Positions 12,038-25,245 are shown, counted from the stretch's first letter. The stretch: DNA of 64,000 nucleotides from Octopus sinensis (GCF_006345805.1 NC_043006.1:76632001-76696000), one strand, 5' to 3'. Notes: generated by a model from the sequence alone, not told the origin. Numbers and translations are program-made.

Positions 12038-14625
12038 ATGTGCTCTAAGTGTAGACAATCTAGTCGATTACTACTAGAAGCATTCAACGATCGACGGCAA
12101 TCTGAAACCGTATGAAAAATTTCTATAGAAACTCAGTTTTCGAACAACCAAAAAATCCGTATGGTTTACTTGCTTCATTTAGTATACACCTTAATTTCCA
12201 CTCTTCACTAACTCAAAATTTTACCCGGAGTTAATAGTGTTTTTGGTTAATGCACAGCAGATGAATTACATGTAGAAGAATGTAACTCACAACTGAAATT
12301 TTATAAATATTTTGTTTCATAAAGAGAGACAACTTTTTTTGACTTCACTGTTAAAATCTAAGTTTAGCTTAAAGTTTTAGCTCCGTTTTCTGTGTCGGAT
12401 TTCCTAGTAGGATTCGTGTCGCATCGTGCACATAAAAATAGCCCTTTCGTTCAAGTTATCGTTTTTTGTAATTTGTATCAACCAACAATTTTCTTAAATT
12501 TGATGTTGGAATTTTTTGCCTTATTTTTCTTTCTTAACCTCTATGATAGATCTATATTTCACTGTGCACTGTTATAGATTATATGCTTAGTTTTTATTTC
12601 TTTTCGTAGCGGTACGGGGAAAGTGTTTCTTCCGCCATACATAAAATATGCTTGGAAAGATTGAGAAGTTCAGTTTTTCATTTGCACATAATCAAACCGA
12701 TGATGTTATATTCATGCTTTTGTGAATGAACTGCAGTTTGTCTGAGACGTTCTTTGTTACCTGTTTTTAAAAGTCCACTTTTTGAAAGTGGCACTGCATT
12801 ATACATTTTTATGGATCAAAACAAACAGGCATATCGACCGAATATATAAATAAATATATAAATATCCAGTTTTATATAAATATACGTCGTTTTTGTCCAT
12901 TTCAGCGATCCTACATCAGTATGGCATGCTATTTCTTTTGAATGGTATTTTCTATCCAAGACAAATTAGTCTTTGATCTACAACTGCATTCGGTTTAGAT
13001 TGTTTCTGCTGTGGGTATACACTGCTGATTGTAATTAGAGATCTATAATTCTACGTTAATCATAGATCTATTGCTGGCCATAACTGAAATATTCCGGAAA
13101 ATGCTTCAGTGTACCTGTGAAACAGAAAATTACTGACTAAATAATATAATGGTATTCCGAATAATATTCGCCGGTACAGTTAAAATGTGCGAGGTTTTGT
13201 AGCTCATTATATATATTTCACCCTTTGGCATTGCTTGGAGAGTTTGTGTGGTTTATTCCCAATAAATTGAATACGGGATTGTTGTTATGTGATTCTTTTA
13301 GATTAACGCATTACTAGATTACAATTACCATATATTATGGTAAGGATTTTATCACATTGCCGGAGCTTATTGCGTTGCTGTTATGTCATTGCACGTAGCT
13401 TGTAACATCGTTGTTCTCTCAGCGCTGTGGTTTGAAACATTTCTATAATTCCACTGTCGAACATTTTGACATTAGTATTATGTCATTCCTGTAGGCTATC
13501 ACATTCTTATTTCATTACTGTAGCTTACGATATGTACGCTATGTCACTTCTGGAGATTAGGGTATTTAAGTTATGCTATCACCTTGACTTTCTGGAATGC
13601 TTTCATGACGTCTTGAAGGTTCTAACTAATTGCGGTACTGTTCACATTTTGCTGGTTTTAATCTCCGGTTTTTCGATAGTGACAGAAAAAAAAAAACGTA
13701 ACTGTGATTTATTGCTGTTATAGCTTTTATTGTAGCTTATGGCATTTATCTTGTCATTGCCGGAGATTAGTTTGTTTAAGTTATGCCTGTGCCTTCGTTT
13801 TACGAAATGTTTTCATTTTCATGCTATTTTTTGCAAGTGCTTACAAACTACAACGTTGGCCATTAGTTGCTGTGTTTATGAACTGAGTCTCAGAGTGTGA
13901 AGTGAAAAATATGACAACGTGTGAAATACATGATTATTGAGTGAATAACTACCACGTGTACACAGGAACATAAGGCTAAATATGAAAATATTACGGTGTT
14001 TAGAGATAAGTTAAATAGATTGTCGTGCGATTTCTCATGCTAACAGTACAATGAATATATTGGTTTCGGAAAATATACACTTATATGTAAAAATTAACCA
14101 TTTTATGTTTAAGAAATAACTAAAATATCAAATATGCTACGCGCAGTGAGACACGATATGCATGCGATCGTGTTGGCTTGAAAGTGTGTATGTAGGTATA
14201 CATATAGACAGTCATACATGAATGTGCATTCATAATATATATGTATGTATATATATAAGAGGTAATGGTGTCATTGAGACCCAAAGGTGTCAGGTAATGC
14301 TGAATAAGTGCTATGGAGAACCATAGTTAATTTTCAGGTTCTGTGATTTTGGAAATAAGGGGTTCAACGTTGATCATATATCAGCGTGTGTATATAAGGA
14401 TTAAATACTGTTGGATCTTACTCATAATGTATTGGAATATTACATATATACCATTCTGCCTAAAAAATGGATCTACAAATTGAATATCCGATTCAATATA
14501 CGGATTCTTTGGTTGTTCGAAAACTGAGTTTCTATAGGGGAAATATTTCATATGGTTTCAGATCGCCGTCGATTGTTGAGTGCTTCCTGTAGTAAATGAC
14601 AAGACTGTCTACCCTTAGAGCACAT
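12038..14625. repeat. Inverted pair of ~125-bp repeats (12038-12162 and 14498-14625)
   Basis: ATGTGCTCTAAG...CTATAGAAACTCAGTTTTCGAACAACCAAA.AATCCGTAT in opposite orientations, roughly 85% identical by eye. Confidence 0.85.
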
Positions 14626-14747
14626 TGTGTATAAACTCTATACTTGCAATGAACAATTTTAAATACTGTTGGATTTTTCTCATAAGGTAGTGGAATCTTA
14701 CATATATAACATTCTGCCTAAAAAAGGGATCTACAAATTCAATATCC
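14401..14747 (+). repeat. ~89-bp direct repeat pair (14401-14489, 14659-14747)
   Basis: TTAAATACTGTTGGAT...CATTCTGCCTAAAAAA.GGATCTACAAATT.AATATCC occurs twice. Confidence 0.85.
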
Positions 14748-14957
14748 CTACATATCTCACGTCTATTTTCTTTCCTCCACCTCACTCTCTATTTTGTATC
14801 CTATCTAAATTAATTATTCCTTACCCATCCTCTCACACCGTCTGCGAAGAAGGGATATAATTAATAAGTATCCTGGAAAAAGCTGTAATACTTTCTGCCT
14901 ATAAATATTCTTATATCTACACAGTCTTGGTTTTTTTTATCTCATTACGCCAAAAAA

Positions 14958-15136
<179 letters not shown>

Positions 15137-15421
15137 GTATGTACGTATGTATATAAATATGGACATACGTATAAACCCACACACATATAGTGCCACTGTC
15201 AATCGCTAATGTGTGCATGGTGTTAAACACTCTTAAGCTGCGGTATTAAAGAAATCAAAATGAAGAATCTCCCATATGACAATTTGTTAGTTATAAATAT
15301 ATAGGTATTTATATCAATTGGTCGAAGTTACTCAAAGTACGAACGACAGAGAAACTTAAAGTTGGTGGCAGAAATGTGTTATAAGTCCAACAGCTTTTTT
15401 TTTTTGGTGCTCGGAGATCCA

Positions 15422-15475
<54 letters not shown>

Positions 15476-16329
15476 TAGATTGAGGGAGGAAGAAACAGAG
15501 ACAGCAAACGCGTGGTACTACCACTAATAAATGATAAAAGGCTACCTGAGCAAGGAAATTGACAGAACAGCAGGGCTCCGTATAAAATACTTAACAACCC
15601 CGGCTGATCCATTCACTTTGTCATTGATTGTCGGAGCAGAAATCACGAACTGATGATATCTCTTCTAAAATTTTAAAAAAATATATATGCATTTCTCTGC
15701 ATGTATGGAGATACGTAAACATGAGCTTCTATATGTGAGTGTGTGTGTGTGTATGTTTGTATGTGTGCTTGTATGCTCGCGTGTACATGTGTATAGTAGA
15801 AAGATAGCTCACATTGAAAGATTACCTATGTGAGCTTAATTACATATGATTTGTTTCGGAAAGAATTTTACTGTTACACACCAATAACGAAAGGCATCTT
15901 CGCTTTGTTGTTTCTGGCATAAGTATTCGATGCGTAACAAAACGAATGATTTTAACTTACTGGGAGATGAGTTGGCAAATCACGAATATTGGATCAATCG
16001 CGTTGACATTTTGTGGAGACACAGGAAATAATATGTGGAGGATTATATTTACACAGTATATATTTTGATACTTCTAATGATATTTCAGTCATTGAAGAAT
16101 ATGGTGTTTTTGTTTTTGCAAGAACCTACTTTTTAAATGTTTAGTTTCATATCTATTCAGATATTATATCCGGCTTATTTGAAATGTTCCATGTTTAATA
16201 AAGCTTAATAATCTTCTGTGTGTGTTTTACAAACTGAAATGATAAGATTTGTATCTACAGTCATGTTAGCGTGATAAGTCAAATGAAAAAATAAACGTAT
16301 ATAATGTATACGTACGTATGTATGTATAA

Positions 16330-16380
<51 letters not shown>

Positions 16381-16416
16381 ATATATGTATCTCTCTCTAT
16401 ATATATATAAATATCA

Positions 16417-16470
<54 letters not shown>

Positions 16471-16499
16471 GTACACACATATACCTTTGAAGCAGTGAT

Positions 16500-17568
16500 T
16501 CCCCAAAAGAATGGACCCCCCCCACTCCTGTGAACAATCAGGCTGATAACGATAGGGAAGATGAAGAAGGAACAACCAGAATTCCCTCTGTGCCAGTGGT
16601 CCTAGAAAAGTCAACCAAGGTAATGCAAGGACTGCAGTCATTAAAGGAAGTAAAGACCACAAGCAAAAGCTTAAAAAGGAAAAAGGAGAGGAAGGAAAAG
16701 GAAAAAGGCAAAATGAAAGAAATACAACTAAAATCGAAACTCAAAACCACCAAACAACAAACAAAAATCCACTCAAATATGAAGGCTCCTATGGAATCCT
16801 CAACTCTAGAGGTGAGAAAAAAATTGAAGACGAAGATATGCAAAGTGTATCGGCAAGGTATGTGTTTGCATAGGAAAGACAGTAAAACTACCGGTTTTCT
16901 CACCCGGGATCCCGCCAAAACTGCGGGGATATTAAAGAGAAATACTTCCCAGAGGCGAGGCACGAATCATCTACAAAGCGGAACTATGCAGATGCAGTGC
17001 GCTCTTCAAATGTTATGCGAAAGACAGCAGCTGAGCAAGAGTCTTCTTTGCGCATGGCGCAATATTTTGGGCATCGGCTGACCTGGCTAGATCAAGCGCA
17101 AACACGGAATCTTGCCCACCACTGCGCAAGACCACCACAATCAACAGACACAGGATAGCTTCTACTAATGCCAGCACTGTCGTCACGCCAATAATTTTAC
17201 TAAATATTGGAGGCCTGTTGCATCACAACAAAAAAAAAAAATTTTCTCAGAGACCTTGCTGCATACAATCAAGCCCTATGTATAGCACTCGTAGAAACAC
17301 ATTTTAGGCCTTAAATAGAGGATGCAGACGTACACGTACCAAACTATACCATACTGCGAACAGATAGAAGGCAAGAAGCCATGATGGAATTGTTTTATAC
17401 ATCCGTGAGGACCTCACGCCCAAGGTCATACTGTCATACTCAAATTCGGTATGTGACACTCTAGTTGTATGAATAAGACAACACAATATAGTCATATACA
17501 AGAGATATTGCCCACCTGATTCTCCAAACAACAGACATCTTCATTAAGAAATCCAAGAGCAAAATAGA
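16500..17568 (+). mobile_element. CR1/Jockey-group LINE 5' part: ORF1 remnant with CCCH-like finger and start of APE endonuclease
   Basis: ORF 16530-17081 is Lys-rich with KICKVYRQGMCLH. Downstream translation IILLNIGGL..., IALVETH, VPNYTILRTDR, GIVLYIREDL, YCPPDSP matches APE domains. Confidence 0.75.
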
Positions 17569-18420
17569 AACAGACATATACTATAAAGTCGGGGACTCCT
17601 AGCAACATCTACCCCTCTACTCATGCCAACCCATATACACCACAATAAGTATCCCTTTCAACCTGGTAAAAAGGATTTGCACTATAGTATCTGATATAAG
17701 CACCAGGGACACCCGTCAACACAAACTAAAGGAGACATTCATCAGCAGGAATTACACAGCATCACTAATTGATATAGACTTTCATCGTGCCCTACACGAA
17801 CTCAGACATCCCAAACTAAAGAATGAATTACAACTAAAAGTCCTACTATACATATCCACGCATAACCCCCTAAAAATGAGGCCTTCGAAACCATCCTCCA
17901 GAACTTCCCTTTACTAAAAAGGGACCATAGAATGAATCAAATCCTCCAAACGCACACCATCATATAGATCAAATGACAACGCAAGTCAATGGAAAGTCTT
18001 CTAACACAAGCCCGAGTACACTCGTCAACAACATGGCAATTGACAGCAAGAAAATGCAAAAGACCTAACTGTAGTATAAACGTGAACCTAATTGAGGGAT
18101 CGGAGTTTTACAGTAAAAAAACAATTTCACATGCGCTTCGGAAATATATGTGTTAACTTGCTCTAGGTGCCCAGAGCAATACATCGGTCAAACGAAAAAC
18201 AGTCTACACCAGACGATGACCGTACATAGATCCCAGATTAAAATACGGCAATACAGAAAAAATTGCATCGAGTGAACACATCAACAATTGCTCTACTAAT
18301 GAACTACGCAACTTCGGAATTTTTTTCCCTCTATAAATTTACGTAGATTGCGACCTATTATCATCGCATTATGAAAGAATCATAGTTTATCAAAAAATAT
18401 AAATCTCTTTGGAATGCTTA
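17569..18420 (+). mobile_element. Penelope-like element fragment (RT thumb and GIY-YIG endonuclease), decayed
   Basis: ETDIYYK.GDS*QHLPLYSCQP....SIPFNLVKRICTIVSD, later CPEQYIGQTKNSLHQTMTVHRSQI. Confidence 0.8.
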
Positions 18421-18643
18421 CACCACATACAACACTACTACAAGGATCTTAAAATAATATCCAGGCAAATATTAAAAACGGTAGGTAAATTAAAAACAGT
18501 ACCTACGCATGAATTTATTTAGAACAGTTTCTACCACTACTGCTGCAACCACAACAGGTCAACTTATGTCACTTCACCAATAAAGTAGATACAACGGCTC
18601 TCACACCACTCCTATCTTCTTCTTCATGTATTTATATCTAAAC

Positions 18644-18706
<63 letters not shown>

Positions 18707-19019
18707 ACTTCGTTATATTTTGGTATATTCTATATAATAATTATGTATGTGCTTCTGGTGATTCTTCTATATCAATTCTATTGATAAAAGCGAATTGGAT
18801 AATTGTGAGCGGACTGAATTATCTGCTGTTATCCTCACATATATATTTATCTGTTGTCTGAATTTCTTTAGTGCTTCTAAGTACAACCTATATTCAGGAG
18901 GAAATTAGGAGTTTATCTTGTATTCTTTTTTTTAAATATAACTATACACATATATATATATATGTACGTATGTATGTGTTTGTAATGTCTGTATATGTCT
19001 ATATATATATACATATATA

Positions 19020-19208
19020 TAGACGTATATAGAAATAGCTAAGATTTTTGGCTACTATTTCTAAACTTCTGTGTGTGGTGAAGCAAATCTTTGCTGAACC
19101 CTTTTATTAGTATTACTTAATTTTGCCGTGAAACGGTCCCTTTTTCATACCGAATCCTACTTGATGAAATTATTGATTACTTCTTAATTAATTGATTTTA
19201 CCCTTTGT

Positions 19209-19210
<2 letters not shown>
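19020..19210 (+). repeat. Short unclassified interspersed repeat with hairpins; inverted homolog at ~40830-40930
   Basis: AGAAATAGCTAAGATTTTTGGCTACTATTTCT...GCAAATCTTTGCTGAACCC matches the reverse complement of 40850-40926. Confidence 0.6.
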
Positions 19211-19254
<44 letters not shown>

Positions 19255-19666
19255 TATATATATATACATACGTACATACACACATCTACTACATATGTGG
19301 GAAATTCTGTCTATGGTTGTGTGTGTAGTTGTTAGGTGACTCCTCGTATATCATTTTATCGATTTTGATCAAACTTCACAAGTGAGTAGAATTTATGTCT
19401 GGAAACCTCCTGGCATACTAAGATTGTTGAAATTGAGTGGGATTATTTCTTAGTATTTGAACTGTTAGAGTTATTTTTACAATTTATCCAGTAAAACCTT
19501 TAAACAAGTAACTAATATTTTCCTAAACAATAGATCCACTTATTTCATTATTACGAATATACCAACACTAGTGCCCTGAGACATTATTGAAGTTGAATGG
19601 CCTACTCTTCTGCAGTTTGGACTACGATGGACGTAATACATACATACATGTATACATATATATACA

Positions 19667-19705
<39 letters not shown>

Positions 19706-19751
19706 ATACATATATATATGTATGCATGTATATATGCATATATATATATAT

Positions 19752-20032
19752 ATATGTATGGTGGGTGAACTGAGCCATGATGTCCTTCTCCCAACTCCAC
19801 TTCCCAACTGGCGGAAACGCACGGGCGCGCAGCTGAAGACCTGGGCTACGACGATCAAGGAGGATGAAGGAGGTGGTCGGCCTACGCAGATGGAACCGTG
19901 ACTGGCTCGCTATCTCCAGTGAACTGGTGCAGGAGCGTCGTGCGTGGGCTGCCATGGTTCGAGATGCCTCGAGGGTGGTAGAAGAAACTGACTCAACCCA
20001 CTCAGGATGAATGTCACCACAAGTACAAGTAC
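19752..20032 (+). mobile_element. RTE-clade LINE 3' end (5'-truncated)
   Basis: [26 protein letters not shown], then [31 protein letters not shown]; ends in a CAAGTACAAGTA tandem tail. Confidence 0.75.
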
Positions 20033-20044
20033 ACTTACATATAT

Positions 20045-20200
20045 ATGGATTTCCACGCAGTCTCCGTCTATTAAACATTGTCCCATGATATAGATCGGTT
20101 AGGAGATATCGTAAAAGCACTTGCTTAGTGTGAAGCGCAGAAGGACTGAACCTGAAACTACCTGGTTCTAAATCAAGCTTCTTAATCACGCAGCCATGCC
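20045..20200 (-). mobile_element. Family A SINE 5' fragment, diverged
   Basis: Resembles the reverse complement of the family A head and body (CAGTCTCCGTCTA, GAACCTGAAAC..CCTGGTT, CACGCAGCCATGCC). Confidence 0.5.
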
Positions 20201-20379
20201 AAATATATTAAGTCTCGATAACGGAGTAAGATTGTTTTTAGCCTTTTAGATAATTTTACACTGCAGGCAGAGTCTCTGATATCAAATTGCACTGAGGCTT
20301 CGCATGGAACATACTCAATAACATTAAGGGCATTTCGATCCTCATTTCCTGATACAACTCAAGATGATAACTGTGAAGA

Positions 20380-20700
20380 AGTGTGGCTTAGTGGCTAGGG
20401 TATTCGGCTCACAATCGTAAGGTCGTGATTTTGATGCCTTAGTGGCGTTTTGTGAACTTGCACAAAGTGCTTTATTTCCCGCTGCACCAGCCAACTCAGC
20501 TGTCAAATATGAGTTATACATATAACTCAAAATGCCAGTCATATCACAGTCTGTGTCCCGCTGAACCACTCTCAGAACTACATTAAAAATGCGCGTGTCT
20601 GTGAAGTGCTCAGTCACTTGCACGTTGATTTCACAAGCCGACTGTTTCGTTGACCATATCAACTGGACCATATCAACTGGAACCTTAATCGACGGAAAGG
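20380..20700 (+). mobile_element. Diverged tRNA-SINE sharing the family C 3' tail
   Basis: Head TGGCTTAGTGGCTAGG. Tail GTGTCTGTGAAGTGCTCAGTCACTTGCACGTTGATTTCAC...TCAACTGGAACC matches the tail of 9786-10169. Confidence 0.65.
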
Positions 20701-21895
20701 CAGTTGTGACAAACTTGGTTTTTCTAGTGTTATGCTTGAATTATTACTCAGTTCTTATAAATTCTACCCCACCACACTCCATAGAATCTTTAATGTTAAA
20801 TAGATGCAGATGATTCTTGTCCAACGTGTTATTTCATTTTGAACCAACAAGGTGGATGTAATATAAGTGCACCTTACCGTACACTGGTCAATGGTAGTAA
20901 AAGTTACTCGGCACCGATATCATAATTTAGAAACTTTCAGAAATCAAATCATAGTTCAGTTTTTAATATAAGTTTGAACTTAGAAAACACTTGATGAAAT
21001 TGAATATGTGTCCCGCATTTCATAACATTTGATGTAAGTGGTCTGAATTATTTATTTGTGGTTTAGCCCATTGCTCGTTCATTGAATAAAAAAAAGAAAG
21101 CACTGCTGTAATTAAAAACCTGTCGGCTGTAAAACCTGTTGAATTCAGTTGAAATAGGATACATTTCACACCTACACAACTCCACCTCACTCGACCCCAA
21201 GACATGCGGCAACTTCTGAAAAGTGAGGAGATGAATTTTATGGAAGGCAAATCAACTACAAAGATTCATTTCTCATTAATAAGCCATTAAACTTGATTAC
21301 GTTGATAACGCGTTTAAAAACGTATTAAGATCACTGTTTTCAGATTCACCTGGCGCCACCAATTCTTCAGGTTTTTTGATTACAAACTAATATTTATTAC
21401 ACATATATAGTATGATTACACATCGTAGATTTGATAAAATATAGGACCTGAATCTATAAAAGTTTTACTGAACGTATTACATATTTCAGAATTTGTGATC
21501 AAAGTAAGATACATTAATTTAGTTGGTTATCCAAAATTCCAAGACTCAAATGAAATTCCGTCTTACCGAACTAATTATAACAAATAACTCGTCTGGAAAT
21601 GTGTTAGATGCGACAAGAAAAGATAATTTGATGTAGTTTAGACATTTATCTTGAAATGGAATCTTAAAATTACAGTGTAGACGAATATACGATTATGTAT
21701 ACATAGAAAAATATACACACAATCACACAAACAAATCACCTAAATATCAACATATAAAAACAGAAAAGTATATAAAAATGTTAGCATACATACATAAATG
21801 TGTGCTTATGTTTATGTATGTATATATTCATATATACATATACATATATATATGTATATGTATTTGTGTGTGAATATACACCATGTTGGGGGTGC

Positions 21896-21941
<46 letters not shown>

Positions 21942-21947
21942 CATGCA

Positions 21948-21988
<41 letters not shown>

Positions 21989-22390
21989 TGTATATATTAT
22001 ATATATATATATATATATTTCTAAGTATGTATGGATTTATGTATGTATGTAGTATGTATGTATGTATGTATGTATGTATGTATGTATGTATGTGTGTATG
22101 TATGTATGTATTCATGTGTATTCATGTGCAGGCTCGTGATTGTACGTGTGAGCCTGTTTCTGCGTCTGTATACAAAAATCTTATGACAAATGTGAAATGG
22201 CTTCCTTTTCAATCTCCCTTCGCCGAAATACCATCTGATTAAATTGTGTGAAAATACTTCTATCAAAATATTTGTCTGAAGTCGCAAGAAAAACGTAAGA
22301 ATACGTTAAACGACTTTCTCTGAAAGAAGTTGATCATATAACAATACCATATATATATATATATATATATATTATATAATATATATATAT

Positions 22391-22557
22391 AATTAATAAG
22401 AGGAAGGACTACTAAAGTGGATTCCTATACCCTAGAGATAGACGTCGAATCAAGAGAAATTTTTTTTTTCTTGAGAACACACTCTTTGTGGTAAGGCGAT
22501 TTGACGTCTATCTCTAGCGTATAGCAATACACCTTAGTGTTATTCACCTTATTAATT
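22391..22557. mobile_element. Small palindromic MITE with ~60-bp imperfect arms
   Basis: Left arm AATTAATAAG...CTATACCCTAGAGATAGACGTCGAATC versus right arm reverse complement AATTAATAAG...CTATACGCTAGAGATAGACGTCAAATC. Confidence 0.7.
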
Positions 22558-22827
22558 GTAATATAACTTTCAAATCATCGGATTTTTTTATATGCTAGAC
22601 CACTGGTTTAAATTGATGTTAATGTTTGCTATCAATTTCTACCCTCGTTATCTTATATATATATAATCATGAGTGTAGAAATTGATATATATATATATAT
22701 ATATATACAAATACACATATGCACACATATTTGCACACACATATATACATATATATGTGTGTGTGTATATTTATATATATATATACATACACACACACAT
22801 ATATATATAATATATATATATACATGC

Positions 22828-22870
<43 letters not shown>

Positions 22871-23241
22871 TGTATATATTATATATATATATATATATAT
22901 TTCTAAGTATGTATGGATTTATGTATGTATGTATGTATGTATTATGTATGTATGTATGTATGTATGTATGTATGTATGTATGTATGTGTGTATGTATGTA
23001 TGTATTCATGTGTATTCATGTGCAGGCTCGTGATTGTACGTGTGAGCCTGTTTCTGCGTCTGTATACAAAAATCTATGACAAATGTGAAATGGCTTCCTT
23101 TTCAATCTCCCTTCGCCGAAATACCATCTGATTAAATTGTGTGAAAATACTTCTATCAAAATATTTGTCTGAAGTCGCAAGAAAAACGTAAGAATACGTT
23201 AAACGACTTTCTCTGAAAGAAGTTGATCATATAACAATACC

Positions 23242-23278
<37 letters not shown>

Positions 23279-23286
23279 ATATATAT

Positions 23287-23453
23287 AATTAATAAGAGGA
23301 AGGACTACTAAAGTGGATTCCTATACCCTAGAGATAGACGTCGAATCAAGAGAAATTTTTTTTTTCTTGAGAACACACTCTTTGTGGTAAGGCGATTTGA
23401 CGTCTATCTCTAGCGTATAGCAATACACCTTAGTGTTATTCACCTTATTAATT
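23287..23453. mobile_element. Duplicate copy of the small palindromic MITE
   Basis: Same sequence as 22391-22557, part of the tandem duplication. Confidence 0.7.
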
Positions 23454-23735
23454 GTAATATAACTTTCAAATCATCGGATTTTTTTTATATGCTAGACCAC
23501 TGGTTTAAATTGATGTTAATTGTTTGCTATCAATTTCTACCCTCGTTATCTTATATATATATAATCATGAGTGTAGAAATTGATATATATATATATATAT
23601 ATATATACAAATACACATATGCACACATATTTGCACACACATATATACATATATATGTGTGTGTGTATATTTATATATATATATATAATATATATATATA
23701 TACAAATACACATATGCACACATATTTGCACACAC

Positions 23736-23780
<45 letters not shown>

Positions 23781-24044
23781 ATATATCTGCGTGTGTGTAT
23801 GTGTGTGTGTGTGTAAACACATATAAATGAATGTCTACGCTTTAATATAATTACAGGATAAATATTTATATAAAATAAATAGGAATACGTTTTTTCTAAG
23901 CTGAATCTTCAGGAATTGCTAATGTTGAAGGTTGCAATAAAATATGAAAAATGTCTGCCATAAGTGGGAAAAAAATAGCAAGAAAATATCGTGTAAGCAC
24001 TGAATCATATGTATATTCACCAATATACATCAACACACGAAGTC

Positions 24045-24255
24045 GGTGAACTGTCAGAAACGTTAGTACGGCGGGCAAAATGATTAGCGCCATTTTGTCG
24101 TTCTGTATGTTCTGAGTTCGAATTCCTCTTAGGTCGACTTTACCTGTCATTCTTTTATGATCGATAAATTAAGTACCAGCTGCGTACCGGTGTCGAGCTA
24201 ATCGACTGGCCTCCTTCCACAAAATTTCCGGCCTTGTGTCTAGAGTATAAAAGAA
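24045..24255 (+). mobile_element. SINE family B, beta tail, diverged
   Basis: CAGAAACGTTAG...TTCTGAGTTCGAATTC...GTCGACTTT...CGATAAATTAAGTACCAG...GGCCTTGTGTCTAGAGTA. Confidence 0.7.
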
Positions 24256-24831
24256 TATAAACCAATACACACTCACACGTGCACACATATATATACACGC
24301 AGTCACATACATATCTCTCTGTATATTTGTTTATAAGGTTGTTAAATGTGTGGTATATAGAGAGCTATGGTAGTAAGTGCATAGTTAAAGCGTATAATTA
24401 GAACCGCTCTTTGTAATCTAATATGCCTTAAAAGTGAGCAATATCAGGCGATATATTAATAATAACAGTGAAGGTAGAAATCCGTACGATCGCATTTTTA
24501 TTTTGTTATTATTGTTGGAGTTTTCACGTGGGGACATAAATTCTTTCAGAGCTTCTAGCTATTATGAAGTAAATTTAAAATTCCCGTGTCGGTTATAATG
24601 TCATGACTTCTGTCGGGTAAAATTTTCTTGAAATTGTGCTAATTACTATTTTCAATCTTTCAAATAATGTTTTAGAGTCTCACATAATATCAATGCCAAA
24701 ATTACTGAAATTAGCGAACTGATTATTAAAACAGAATAGTGTATAAGCCACAAAGAACTTTATGTCTATTTTGCTTCAAAAACACCTGCACGATTTCAGA
24801 ATGAGTAAGGAAAAATTTGATATAGACACGA

Positions 24832-24832
24832 A

Positions 24833-24863
<31 letters not shown>

Positions 24864-24891
24864 TGATGATGTTGATAACAACAATAACAAC

Positions 24892-24932
<41 letters not shown>

Positions 24933-24998
24933 TGATGATGATGATAACAACAACACAATAATAATAATAATAATAAATAATAATAATAATGATAATGA

Positions 24999-25030
<32 letters not shown>

Positions 25031-25065
25031 TAATAAAATAATAATATAATAATAATATAATAATG

Positions 25066-25100
<35 letters not shown>

Positions 25101-25139
25101 TAATAATAATAATATAATAATGATAATAACAACAACAAC

Positions 25140-25170
<31 letters not shown>

Positions 25171-25193
25171 TAATAATATAATAATGATAATAC

Positions 25194-25232
<39 letters not shown>

Positions 25233-25245
25233 TAATAACAACAAC

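Larger units (their letters stand above)
21900..23700 (+). repeat. Near-identical tandem duplication, period ~0.89-0.90 kb
   Basis: Landmarks recur: CAGGCTCG at 22129/23023 and GAGGAAGG at 22400/23296. Unique parts differ only by 1-bp indels. Confidence 0.95.

Noticed and set aside
13550-13790. LRR-like NLNKLISGNDKI and NLNTLISRSDI on the minus strand
   Set aside because: The spacing does not fit LxxLxLxxN and the frames are full of stops; better explained as a non-coding short repeat.
19069-19138. Possible hammerhead near GAAACGGTC downstream of the Penelope fragment
   Set aside because: No CUGANGA box here, and the homolog at ~40850-40926 has unrelated sequence at that position.
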